Below the pieces are notes generated by a model. The model had not been told where the DNA came from and made no database searches. It saw only the letters and a program-made list of their open reading frames with translations. Below, in pieces: positions 1-9,541 of a stretch of DNA of 64,000 nt; the stretch's first letter is position 1, and each line of letters starts with the position of its first letter. Source of the DNA: Bacteroidales bacterium (GTDB lineage: Bacteria > Bacteroidota > Bacteroidia > Bacteroidales > UBA3824); NCBI GenBank assembly GCA_016286055.1, contig JAEERW010000002.1:136458-200457 (forward strand), in the 5' to 3' direction. Made by a program: the position numbers and the translations under genes.

Positions 1-2467
1 GTAGACCGTCGGAGAAAAAGAAACATTTTTCTCCGGGGGCAAACTTGATTTCATAGTTGTCAAATAGTTTCTCATCTCTGCCTTTGCGCGGTGGTTTTCC
101 GCCTATGGCTTGCATTGTGCCTTTATATTGTATAAGCTCTCGTTGAGAGTTGAGATAGTACAATGGCCTATGTGCACCAGAGAAATGGAGTATACCAGTC
201 TCAAAGTTAATTTTACATAAAGCAATATCCATGCCATCTCGTGCCTCTTGTTCGTCGCTATCTTGTTTTAAAGTTTTGCGGACTCCAAGGTGAAGCTGGT
301 CGAGAACCTGTCCTGCGTGTAGGTTGTCGGCGTGGTCGGCTATACTGTTGAGGTTGAAATATCCAATAAATGAGAGCAATGCTCCCGGTACGCCGTGTCC
401 AGTACAATCTACTGCAGCTATATAAATATTTCCATCTTTTTCAAAAAACCACGGGAAGTCGCCGCTGACAACGTCGCGCGGACGGTAGAACATAAAGAAC
501 TTGGGTAGTTTCTGCTCGATGTCGTCGAGGCTTGGTATAATGGCCGACTGTATTCGCTGGGCGTAGTTGATACTCTCGGTAATACTCTTGTTCTTTTCTT
601 CGATTTCCAACTCGATAAGTTTGCGCTCGGTGATATCGCGTGCCACAAACAATATGGTTTCGAGTTCTTTTTCTTTGTTGTACTCGGGGATGGCGTTGAA
701 CTGGATTATGCGCTCCTCGCCTTCGGCAGATGGGAAATTGGTTTCGTTTTCGTACATCTGCTGGGTTTGCATCACTTGCACGAGAGCATCTTTGAATGTA
801 GCGGCTATTTTGTCGTTCAGTGCTACGTCGTCGATTTGCTTTTGGAGCATATCTTGTTTTTTGAGACCTGTGAACTGCTCTGCCACTGGGTTGACGTAGA
901 AGAACTTGCCGTCGGGACTCAATCGTGCGATCATATCCAAAGAGTTTTCCGACAATGCTTGCATCTCGCCTTGCATACGCTGTGCCTTTTCGGCTATCTT
1001 GCGTACGGTGATGTCGCGGGTGTTGAAGATAATGCCTTGTATAGCAGCATTGTTGAGGAGGTTGCGCCCTGTGGCTTCGAGCCACAACTGTTCGTCGTCG
1101 CTTTTCTGATACTGATATTCGAAAGTAACGGGGAAGTCGGGCGATTCAAGAAGACGGGTGAACACCTCTTTGAATTTATGTTTGGAAACGTCGTCAAATT
1201 TTTCGTAAGCGCTCTTGCCCACAATATAATCTGGGTCGTAACCAAGAATGTTTTTTGCCGATGGGCTTTCGTATGTTACAATACCTGTTTCGTCGTAGAT
1301 AGAGATAACCTCGGATGCGTTTTCGAGAAGTGCGTACTGACGTTTTTGTCCACGTTCCACCTCTCGGATCTGCGCCTCCAACTGTTTGTTGGTGTCTTGT
1401 AGCTCGAGCTGGGTCTTGCGCATTTCGTCGGCATTCTTGCGGAGTTCCTCTTCGTTTTTCTGCAGAAGCTTGGTCATTTCCTGGGCTTCGCGGAGGAGTT
1501 TCTCGGTCTGAGTGTTAACCTTGAGGTTGAAGATGGTTTGCGCAATAATCTGGCTTACTTCCTTAATAAGGCGTAGGGTTTTGTCGGGCATGTCGTCGTT
1601 GAGCGATGCAAACTCGATAACGCCTTGCAACTTTTCGTCGCTGATTAGCGGAGAAAGCAAAAGGGTTTTGGGTTTCTTGTCGCCAAGTATTCCAGAACTA
1701 ATGGTGATGTAATCGTCGGGAATTTCGCGGCGGTAGATGATGTCGCGTTCAAAAGCGGCTTGTCCTACAAGTCCGATACCGATTTTAAACTCTTGTGTGA
1801 TATATTTTTTGCGGTTGTAGGCGTAAGTTGCAATGTTTACAAGTTTTTCGTTGTCGTCGTCGTATAGGTAGAAAGCGCCTTGAACAGCGTTGATATATTC
1901 TATAAGGTTGATAATGGTTTCGTAGGCAAGTTCGCTTATGTTGTTGCGCTGACGGAGGATGTCGCCTACGATTTCCTTTCCTTTGGCAATCCAGTTTTGC
2001 TCGTTTTCACGCTGTGATGTTGCCACAAGGTTGTTTTTCATTATAAGGAGCGAGCGTCCGAGAAGGTCGTCTTTGTCAATTTCGCTAGTATCAAAATAGA
2101 GGTCGCCTTCTCCAATTCGCTTAGCAATCATGGAGTTTCGTGTAAAAATCTCGTTCTTTTCGGCGAGCATGCGTTCGAGGGCTTCGTTCTGACGGCGGTT
2201 TTTACGGGCGAAATAGTTGAAAATGGCACCTATAACAAATGGAGCGAGGTCGATAATCCAAAGCATGTCGGAACCTCCTGTTTGAGCGGCAATAATATTA
2301 GCAAGAGAAAACTCTTGCCCTCTCAAAAACAGTAATGTGGCTCCGACAGGAAACAGCAAACCTATAACAAAGCCCAAAATGGTGTTGTACATCACCAAAT
2401 TGTTACCGGTCTTTGCCTGCTGAGTTTTGTCGTCCTCGTCTTCTATGTAGGTAGCGTTGTCTGCCAT
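1..2467 (-). CDS. Membrane-anchored GAF/PAS sensor fused to a SpoIIE/PP2C-family serine phosphatase (3' end runs off the window)
   Basis: Not in the supplied ORF track because it has no stop inside the window. My own translation from ATG 2467 (MADNATYIEDEDD...) stays open to nt 1. It has two N-terminal hydrophobic helices and a GAF-like block (ATYAYNRKKYITQEF..GLVGQAAFE..GVIEFASLN). A coiled coil and PAS-like blocks follow, then PP2C/SpoIIE motifs (YAQRIQSAIIP, RPRDVVSGDFPWF, AAVDCTGHGVPGALLS). Confidence 0.8.
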   Translation of the reverse strand, partial: MADNATYIEDEDDKTQQAKTGNNLVMYNTILGFVIGLLFPVGATLLFLRGQEFSLANIIAAQTGGSDMLWIIDLAPFVIGAIFNYFARKNRRQNEALERMLAEKNEIFTRNSMIAKRIGEGDLYFDTSEIDKDDLLGRSLLIMKNNLVATSQRENEQNWIAKGKEIVGDILRQRNNISELAYETIINLIEYINAVQGAFYLYDDDNEKLVNIATYAYNRKKYITQEFKIGIGLVGQAAFERDIIYRREIPDDYITISSGILGDKKPKTLLLSPLISDEKLQGVIEFASLNDDMPDKTLRLIKEVSQIIAQTIFNLKVNTQTEKLLREAQEMTKLLQKNEEELRKNADEMRKTQLELQDTNKQLEAQIREVERGQKRQYALLENASEVISIYDETGIVTYESPSAKNILGYDPDYIVGKSAYEKFDDVSKHKFKEVFTRLLESPDFPVTFEYQYQKSDDEQLWLEATGRNLLNNAAIQGIIFNTRDITVRKIAEKAQRMQGEMQALSENSLDMIARLSPDGKFFYVNPVAEQFTGLKKQDMLQKQIDDVALNDKIAATFKDALVQVMQTQQMYENETNFPSAEGEERIIQFNAIPEYNKEKELETILFVARDITERKLIELEIEEKNKSITESINYAQRIQSAIIPSLDDIEQKLPKFFMFYRPRDVVSGDFPWFFEKDGNIYIAAVDCTGHGVPGALLSFIGYFNLNSIADHADNLHAGQVLDQLHLGVRKTLKQDSDEQEARDGMDIALCKINFETGILHFSGAHRPLYYLNSQRELIQYKGTMQAIGGKPPRKGRDEKLFDNYEIKFAPGEKCFFFSDGL

Positions 2468-2529
2468 ATTTTGTGTTAAAATAGCGGTGCTAAATTAAGG
2501 AATTTATGCTTAACATTATCTATTTTGTG

Positions 2530-5385
2530 TCAATTTTTTGCTCCAGTACCAAAACTTTTTATCCATTCCCTGTATTTAAGGTCAACTGGGGTAGTTTTGT
2601 CGTTTTCGGTTTCGTTTCGTGTTTTTTCTAATTCGTTATTTTGTATAGTTATATTTTCTACTGTCTGTTTGTCGTGAGCAATCTGCTCTAACATTTCTTT
2701 TTCTCTGTTTCTCAAACTGTTAACCAAAGCCTCCATTTCGGCAAGGCGTGTTTTAGTGTCGTTGAAACTGAGTTCGAGGTCGGTTTCTGCGTTTTCTGCC
2801 TTGAGCAGGCGTTCGTTAAGTTCGGCCTCGGTTTCGTGCGATTCGCCAAGCTGTTTCTCAAGCTCTTCGGTTTTATTGGTGGCTTGTTCGAGCCTTGCCC
2901 TGAGGTCGGTGGTTTGTATGCCAGCCTCTGCCAACTGCGACGACAACCGCTCGTTCTGAGTTTTTAGCTGTGTCACCTGATTCATGGCCTGCTCCTCTAT
3001 CTCCTTGTGCTTGGTGATGTCGATAGCGGTGTAAAGTATTTTAAGAACCTTACCTTTGGCGTCCTTTACGGGCGTGTACTGGTTGATAAGCCAGATGTCC
3101 TTTCCTGTGAGCTTGCTCTTACGTTTCACGGTCATCTGGTATAAGTTTCCTTCGCAAACATTTTGCCACAAAGTCTTAAACTCGTTGATTTCTTCTTCGG
3201 GAATGAAGGTAAGAATGTTTTTGCCTTTTGTTTTTTCGTAGTCGTAGCCCATTGTGATAATGTGCTTGGTGTTGGCGGTGAGCAGGTTGCCTTCTACGGT
3301 GTACTCTGCCTTCATCATAGTCTCGTCGATGGCGGTCATGATACCAGCCATTTCGATACGGCTCTTCGCCATCTTTTCCTGAGTTGACATGAGCACCTCG
3401 GTTTTTTCGAGCGATTCAGAAAGCAGTCGCTTGTTCTTTTCCTCGATTGTTTTCTGCTCGGTGATGTCGTTGGCGATGTATAGGATTCGCACCACATGGT
3501 TTTCGGCGTCGAAAATAGGTGTGTACTGTGTGAGCAGCCAGATGGTTTCGTTGAATTTGTTTTTCTGTTTTAGAGTGGTTTGGTACGATTGTCCCGAACA
3601 GATGTTTTGCCATACCATGTCGAAGTTTTCGAGATTATCTTCTGTAATGATATTCTTGATGTTGCGTCCAATAAGCTCGTCTTTGCGGTAGCCGAGTGCC
3701 GAAAGGAATTTTTGGTTTGCCGACATAAGGCGGCCTTCGGGATCGATCTCGGCCTTTAACATGGTTTCGTCTACGGCAGAAAGAATACCCGACATCTCTG
3801 CCTCACGTTTTTGGGCTTCGTCGCGGGCAGTTTTCATATCGTCCATAGTTTTGCGGAGCTCAGCCTCTCGAAGCACAAGTTCGTCAGATTTTTTCTGCGA
3901 TTCTTGAAGAAGGTCGGCTGTGCGGGCGTTGATACGTAGCGACGACAAGGTTGATGCAATACTGTCGCCAAGCTGCTCCACAAACTGTATTTCGTATTTT
4001 TTTAACAGATTGAATGATGCGAGCTCTATTACGCCGAGTATCTTTTCTTCTGACTTAAGAGGAACTATCAGCAGACATTTCGGTTTGGCGTCACCAAGCC
4101 CCGACTCAATATCCATATAATCATCGGGAACGTCTGTAATATATAAGGTGTTCTTTTCGAGAGCGCACATACCTATAAGACCGTCGCCAAGGGGTATGTG
4201 GCGTGTGAGATATTTCTTGCGGTCGTAGGCGAATGCTGAAAGCATGTCTAAGAAGATGTTTTTGGGATCGGTGTCATCGAGGATAAACAAACCACCCTGA
4301 CCGGCGTTGATATAGTGCACAAGGTTTTTGATCACCTCGTCAGACAGAATGGTGATGTTTTCGTTGTTGTGGCGCATTATGTCACCGAATTTTGCAAGAC
4401 CCTGAGTAGTCCAGTTACGCTGCTCGTCTTCGAGACGGCGGAGGCTCTGTTCTTTTTCAGATGCCGAAAGGCGCTCGCTCAGGTCGATAAGCGATTTTGC
4501 CATTGAACCGTCGGGTGCGTTAAGATTTGTGTCGGTTTGGTAGTTGCCTTTGAAAATTTCGTTTGAAAACTCGGTGAGTTTCTTAAAGTTGTCGGCTGTA
4601 CAATTAATAAGTCCGTTGAGTTTTCCAATCTCAGTCTGGTCTTCTTTTAGGCGGACGTCGGGAACTGCACCAGTGTTCAGCACCTTTACAAAGTCTTGCA
4701 TCGATGCAAAACTGATTTTCAGATATCTGAACACGTAGAATGCGATAAACACTATAAGCGCAAACATAGGCAGCGAGAGCAACGCGAGCGAAATTCGTAG
4801 GCCAACGATTTCGCGCCGGATAGAGGTGTCGCTGACAGAAAGTTCTTTCTGATGAGCAAGGTACATGCGGTCGATGGTTTTCCGAATGTCGTCGAAAGCG
4901 CTCACTTCCTTTACGCTGAGCAACTCGCGCGCAGCCTCGGGACGGTTGTTGATTATAAGTCTGATAATGTCCTTATTGACGTTTTGATATATCACAAACT
5001 CGTTTTTGAAGCGGTCTAAGAGCTTAACCTCCTCGCTTGTGGTAAGGCTGTTGGCAGTTAGGGCGTTTTCGTATTCCTTAATTCTTACCTCGTAAAATTG
5101 TTTAAACTTGTTGTGATGGCGCTGAATGGTAACCACATCGCTGCCGGTTTCGATAAGGGCGTGGTTCTGAATTACAAGCCCATAAACTTCTTCGGCGAGT
5201 GAAAAGAGGGGATAAATGCCCGAACTTTGGGTGTCGGAAAAATATTCTACATGATCTTTTACGTTTCCGAACGAAACCACTGCATATATACAGAAGAAAA
5301 GAATATAAGCCGACACCACTGAAAATAGTAGTATCAGTTTATTTCTAATATCCAATCTGTCAAGTATTTGATGTATTTTTCCCAT
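2530..5385 (-). CDS. Membrane sensor with helical ectodomain (MCP-N-like), linker, GAF, two PAS-like domains and a long acidic coiled coil; no recognisable output domain
   Basis: 951-aa ORF. Order is TM1, a ~170-aa helical segment, then TM2 (LALLSLPMFALIVFIAFYVF). The GAF block is paralogous to that of the downstream gene (FAYDRKKYLTRHIPLGDGLIGMCA..GVIELASFN). There are two PAS-like blocks (..WLLTQYTPIFD.., ..WLINQYTPVKD.., each ending DIT..K). The last ~150 aa are Glu/Leu-rich heptads. I saw no HisKA, HATPase, GGDEF or MCP-signalling motifs. Confidence 0.7.
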   Translation of the reverse strand: MGKIHQILDRLDIRNKLILLFSVVSAYILFFCIYAVVSFGNVKDHVEYFSDTQSSGIYPLFSLAEEVYGLVIQNHALIETGSDVVTIQRHHNKFKQFYEVRIKEYENALTANSLTTSEEVKLLDRFKNEFVIYQNVNKDIIRLIINNRPEAARELLSVKEVSAFDDIRKTIDRMYLAHQKELSVSDTSIRREIVGLRISLALLSLPMFALIVFIAFYVFRYLKISFASMQDFVKVLNTGAVPDVRLKEDQTEIGKLNGLINCTADNFKKLTEFSNEIFKGNYQTDTNLNAPDGSMAKSLIDLSERLSASEKEQSLRRLEDEQRNWTTQGLAKFGDIMRHNNENITILSDEVIKNLVHYINAGQGGLFILDDTDPKNIFLDMLSAFAYDRKKYLTRHIPLGDGLIGMCALEKNTLYITDVPDDYMDIESGLGDAKPKCLLIVPLKSEEKILGVIELASFNLLKKYEIQFVEQLGDSIASTLSSLRINARTADLLQESQKKSDELVLREAELRKTMDDMKTARDEAQKREAEMSGILSAVDETMLKAEIDPEGRLMSANQKFLSALGYRKDELIGRNIKNIITEDNLENFDMVWQNICSGQSYQTTLKQKNKFNETIWLLTQYTPIFDAENHVVRILYIANDITEQKTIEEKNKRLLSESLEKTEVLMSTQEKMAKSRIEMAGIMTAIDETMMKAEYTVEGNLLTANTKHIITMGYDYEKTKGKNILTFIPEEEINEFKTLWQNVCEGNLYQMTVKRKSKLTGKDIWLINQYTPVKDAKGKVLKILYTAIDITKHKEIEEQAMNQVTQLKTQNERLSSQLAEAGIQTTDLRARLEQATNKTEELEKQLGESHETEAELNERLLKAENAETDLELSFNDTKTRLAEMEALVNSLRNREKEMLEQIAHDKQTVENITIQNNELEKTRNETENDKTTPVDLKYREWIKSFGTGAKN

Positions 5386-5713
5386 CGTTCGGATTGTGGT
5401 TTTCTACTTGTTGCGCCCGTTATAATTTTTTATGTTAGCATACTTTTTTCTCAAAGTTCAAATTTATAAAAAAAAATTATTTCCAAGCCGCAATTTTTTC
5501 TGTTTTTATAACTTTTTTTCTAAAAAAAAATATAACTGCCTATTTGTTAATGATATACATTACAAAAAAAATCTCGTTATATATCATTTAGTCTTTTTCA
5601 AAAAACATGCCTTTTGTACAAAATTGATTTTTTTTGAGGCATTTTGACAAATAATTTTGATAAAGACGAAAAAAAATGTTTTATTCGCACAGTTTTTATA
5701 ATACATAAGTTAG

Positions 5714-6565
5714 ATGGAGATTTCGCAGCAGGACATATTCTTATTGTGCCAGACTTTTCGTAAAGTTTCTGCATACGACTTTTCTGACTATTCATACAAA
5801 TCGCTCTATCGGCGTGTTGAAAAAATCCTCACCGACAACAATATCACTATCGAAACTCTGATTGAAAACATCAACAAAGATTACAACTACTTAGAAAACA
5901 TTGTAAATCAGATAACAGTAAACACCACCGAGCTGTTCAGAGATCCGGAAGTGTGGATTGCGGTGAGCAACCTCATCCAGCAGCGTTTTGCCAACGCCAA
6001 GCACATAAGTATCTGGCATCCTGGATGTAGTTCGGGTCAAGAGGTGTACTCAATGCTTATGCTGCTCAACGAAATCAATATGTTTGACCGTGCATCGGTA
6101 TTCGGCACCGACATCAACGAGGATGTGCTCGATACCGCTCAACACGGACGGTATAAATATGTGGACATAAAAGAATACCAGCCTAATTTCAACGCCGTAA
6201 TAAACTGCAACCGCAACGAAGAAGATTTTGTACCAATTTCAAAATACATACTCTCTTTTCCTCAGCGAGGATACTTGCAGATTGTGCCATGGCTTGTAGA
6301 TAAACCCGTTTTTGCCAAGCACAACCTCGTGGGCTGCGAATCTTTCCTCGACAGGAAATTTGACATCATTATGTGCCGAAACGTGCTGATTTACTTTAAC
6401 CACGAGCTGCAGAACAAAATAATCGACTTTTTTTACAACAAACTTAACGACAACGGGCTGCTGATTATCGGTAGGCAGGAGAGCATTTACGGTATGCATT
6501 CTGACGGATTTGAGAAGTTAGGACCTCTATATTCAAAAAAGAATAGGAAGTCTAATTTCTTCTAA
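5714..6565 (+). CDS. cheR: CheR-type protein-glutamate O-methyltransferase
   Basis: 283-aa ORF with a CheR N-terminal helical region and SAM-methyltransferase motifs (TELFRDPEVW, ISIWHPGCSSGQEVYSMLMLL, FDIIMCRNVLIYF). Confidence 0.85.
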   Translation: MEISQQDIFLLCQTFRKVSAYDFSDYSYKSLYRRVEKILTDNNITIETLIENINKDYNYLENIVNQITVNTTELFRDPEVWIAVSNLIQQRFANAKHISIWHPGCSSGQEVYSMLMLLNEINMFDRASVFGTDINEDVLDTAQHGRYKYVDIKEYQPNFNAVINCNRNEEDFVPISKYILSFPQRGYLQIVPWLVDKPVFAKHNLVGCESFLDRKFDIIMCRNVLIYFNHELQNKIIDFFYNKLNDNGLLIIGRQESIYGMHSDGFEKLGPLYSKKNRKSNFF

Positions 6566-6702
6566 TTGTATCAACAACACAATCAAAAACGCAAAAAAAC
6601 GTTTTTAGGAAAAGATTCTGCATGTAAAAAAAAATTGGCATTTTTATTGCTTTTGCTTTTATGAAACCATTTATTTACGACAATTATATATTACATTTAT
6701 AA

Positions 6703-7524
6703 ATGAAAAAAAGAACGACCATATTATCATCATTACTCATGGCAGCAGCTCTTTGCTCCAACAGTTATGCCCAAACAAGCTTTACCGTTGAGCCACAAAC
6801 CGCATGCACAGGTTCGCCAGTAGGGGTTACCAACACATCTTCGGGCAGTTTCCAGTTTGCCCATTTCGACTTTGGAGACGGAACCGACACTTACGGCGAC
6901 AACCTACAACACATTTACACCTCCGCAGGTGAGTACACTATCACCATGTGGTTGCTCAACAACGATGGTACTAAGACCGCAACTATTTCGCAAAATGTGA
7001 AAATAGATGACACCCCGACAATAGAAATTGCCGACTCTAAAACCATGTCGCAGATCACAGTTACCAGCAACCAAAACGTTTCGTACGAATGGTATCTCGG
7101 CAAAAAGAAATTAGACAACACCAACAATCCCCTATTCTACTACGAAAGCGGCAACTATTCGGTAATAATAAAAAACTCAAGCGGATGCACCGCTACTGCG
7201 GAAATCAGGGTAACAGCTCAAGATGCCGAATCGGCCGACAACACAATCATCAGCGTGGCTAACAATGTGATAACGCCAGGAGTGAAAGACGGAATCAACG
7301 ATGTGCTATTTATCACCGACGTGGCCGACTACGAATATCCATGTGTTGTAAAAATTTTCGACAAACGCGGCAAAATCGTTTACACAAACAATGAATACAC
7401 CAACACAAACGGTTTTCAAGGCAACGACAACGATGGCAACGAATTGTTTGCCGGAACATACTACTACGTTATTAAAAGCCAGGGACGCAAAGGTGTCACC
7501 GGATTTGTGGACATAATCAGATAA
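6703..7524 (+). CDS. Secreted PKD-domain protein with T9SS type B (gliding-motility-type) C-terminal sorting domain
   Basis: Signal peptide (..AALCSNSYAQ) and a PKD-like motif (FDFGDGT..HIYTSAGEYTITM). The C-terminal ~90 aa fit the type B CTD pattern (NVITPGVKDGINDVLFI..IFDKRGKIVY..GTYYYVIKSQG..GFVDIIR). Confidence 0.7.
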   Translation: MKKRTTILSSLLMAAALCSNSYAQTSFTVEPQTACTGSPVGVTNTSSGSFQFAHFDFGDGTDTYGDNLQHIYTSAGEYTITMWLLNNDGTKTATISQNVKIDDTPTIEIADSKTMSQITVTSNQNVSYEWYLGKKKLDNTNNPLFYYESGNYSVIIKNSSGCTATAEIRVTAQDAESADNTIISVANNVITPGVKDGINDVLFITDVADYEYPCVVKIFDKRGKIVYTNNEYTNTNGFQGNDNDGNELFAGTYYYVIKSQGRKGVTGFVDIIR

Positions 7525-7535
7525 CTATCAGCAAG

Positions 7536-9023
7536 ATGACAAAGAGAATAATCATAGCTACGGCATTTATGGCGGCCCTATCGGCAACGGCGCAAGAGAC
7601 ATATTTCAGAGGTCTGAATTACGCCGACAGATTTTCGGTGTCGCCAGCTTTCGCAGGATTCAACGGCAACGACGAAGCGTTCGTATCGTACCGCCGCAAT
7701 ATGCTCGGTATCGAAGGCGCGCCCAAAAACCTAAAATTAGACGTCAACGGCGACATTATGAACCAAAACGCTGGATACGGAATAGACATCACAAGCGAAA
7801 AAGCTGGCAACTTCACTAACCTTGCCGCTTCGATTTCTTACGCATACCATATCCAAATCAGCGACGACATTAACCTCAGCCTCGCTGTATCTCCTACAAT
7901 TCTGCGTTCGTCGTACAATCTGGGCAAAGCCACTACTTTCGGTGCTCAAACCGACCCCGTTTTTCAAAACGAAGCAGGATTGTCGGCTACGGCATTCGAC
8001 GCAGGAGTGTCGCTAATGTTCAATTACGCAGGACTTTATGTGAGCGCCAACATGCCACGAACCATATGCGGTGATATGAAATTCAACAACGGAATATACA
8101 ACTCCGACCGTGTGTTAAACAGCGAGATATCATACGCATTGCCAGCCGGAAACTTCACCATAGAACCTATCGCCGACATTTCGTATGCATTTAAAGGCGG
8201 ATTGGACTACAAGGCTACTTTGGCTGCAAAATACAATCAAAGAGCCTGGCTTACAGTATCTTACTCTTCGCAATACTGGGTAGGCGTAGGTGCAGGATTG
8301 GCAACAGGAAGCCGTGTGGTGGTAGGATATCTCTACGAAACAGGAAACTCCACAGTAGCGAGCAACTGCTCGGGCAATCACGAAATTTATGTGGGATTCT
8401 GCATCTCTAAAAACCAGAAACGCAAAGAGCCCACAGCATTTGCCGACGACGACTGCGGAGGCAGTGCTCCTGTGATTCAAAACAACAACAATTCAGACCT
8501 CGAACGCAAGCTCAAAGACGAAATCCGCAACCGCGAAAACGAAATTAAACGCTTGGAGGATGTTATCAAGAGCTATCACAGCGGCGAAACTGGAAACGTA
8601 ACACCACACACGCCCTCCACCAACATTCCCGCCAACAACGCTCCCCAACCAGAAAACAACACGCCGAGCAGATCGTCGGGATGGCTGCCCCCTGAGCCTT
8701 TTTACAATGTGGTGTTCGCTTACGGAAACGCCAAACTATTTCCCTCGTCACATGCAGAATTAGACCACTGCATCAACACAATGAAAAAAACCGAAGGCAG
8801 AAGGGTGCTGATTATAGTATACACCGACGAATTGGGATCGGCCGATTACTGCAGAATACTATCTACACAACGTGCCGAAGCAATCAAAAAATACTTTGAG
8901 AGCAAAGGAATACCAAGCAACAACATAGAAATCGAAGGCAAAGGTCGCAGAGTGTCGGGATCAAACATCACCCCGGAACAGCGTGTTGGATTAAACCGTG
9001 TAGAATACTGCTGGAGCAAATAA
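7536..9023 (+). CDS. PorP/SprF-family T9SS outer-membrane protein fused to a C-terminal OmpA-like peptidoglycan-binding domain
   Basis: The N-terminal ~300 aa fit the PorP/SprF pattern (FSVSPAFAGFNG..VSYRRNMLGIEGAPKN). An Asn/Pro-rich coiled linker follows. The C-terminus carries an OmpA_C motif (VVFAYGNAKL..LIIVYTDELGSADYCRILSTQRAEAIKKYF). The gap to the upstream type B CTD gene is 11 nt. Confidence 0.75.
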   Translation: MTKRIIIATAFMAALSATAQETYFRGLNYADRFSVSPAFAGFNGNDEAFVSYRRNMLGIEGAPKNLKLDVNGDIMNQNAGYGIDITSEKAGNFTNLAASISYAYHIQISDDINLSLAVSPTILRSSYNLGKATTFGAQTDPVFQNEAGLSATAFDAGVSLMFNYAGLYVSANMPRTICGDMKFNNGIYNSDRVLNSEISYALPAGNFTIEPIADISYAFKGGLDYKATLAAKYNQRAWLTVSYSSQYWVGVGAGLATGSRVVVGYLYETGNSTVASNCSGNHEIYVGFCISKNQKRKEPTAFADDDCGGSAPVIQNNNNSDLERKLKDEIRNRENEIKRLEDVIKSYHSGETGNVTPHTPSTNIPANNAPQPENNTPSRSSGWLPPEPFYNVVFAYGNAKLFPSSHAELDHCINTMKKTEGRRVLIIVYTDELGSADYCRILSTQRAEAIKKYFESKGIPSNNIEIEGKGRRVSGSNITPEQRVGLNRVEYCWSK

Positions 9024-9031
9024 CAAACACT

Positions 9032-9529
9032 ATGAGCAAGATTGTAAAAATATTAACCATAATGATATGCGCACTGTCGATATCACACGCCGGAGCACAG
9101 AGCCTGAGCGGAAGCCGTACCGTGGCTGCTGCCAACACAGTGAAAACCGCCCGACACACATGCTCGTATGTGGTAGCTGGAGGAGGACTCACCACTTTCG
9201 CCACTTTGAAAGCTAAAAAAGAAAACACCCAGCAAAACAACGACCCGAAATCAACCGTCGACAAAAACGTGGTTGAAACCACCCTCTACCCTAACCCATT
9301 TACCGATTTTGCCACAGTAAAATTTGGAATCAAACCCGATGCCCCTGAGCCTAAAATCACCATCACCGACGGCTCTGGTCGCTCTATCTATCCAAAATTC
9401 TCTATTACCGAACAAACAGAAAAGTATATGACGGTAATTATTACTACAACAAACTTAAAACAAGGACGTTACATTATAAGGATAATATCTGGCGACAAAA
9501 TAGCCGCCATAAAAGCAATAAAATTATAA
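9032..9529 (+). CDS. Small secreted protein consisting mostly of a T9SS type A C-terminal sorting domain
   Basis: 165 aa. It has a signal peptide (..SISHAGAQ) and a C-terminal type A CTD pattern (TLYPNPFTDFATVKF..ITITDGSGRSIY..LKQGRYIIRIISGDK..). The gap to the upstream gene is 8 nt. Confidence 0.6.
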   Translation: MSKIVKILTIMICALSISHAGAQSLSGSRTVAAANTVKTARHTCSYVVAGGGLTTFATLKAKKENTQQNNDPKSTVDKNVVETTLYPNPFTDFATVKFGIKPDAPEPKITITDGSGRSIYPKFSITEQTEKYMTVIITTTNLKQGRYIIRIISGDKIAAIKAIKL

Positions 9530-9541
9530 AACCGAACTACC

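Noticed and set aside
418-1712. Several 60-214-aa ORFs in the track (e.g. 441-1085 minus, 767-1402 plus).
   Set aside because: They lie inside, in other frames or antisense to, the long open minus-strand frame that encodes clear GAF/PAS/PP2C motifs. Their Arg/Cys/His-rich compositions are typical of shadow ORFs.
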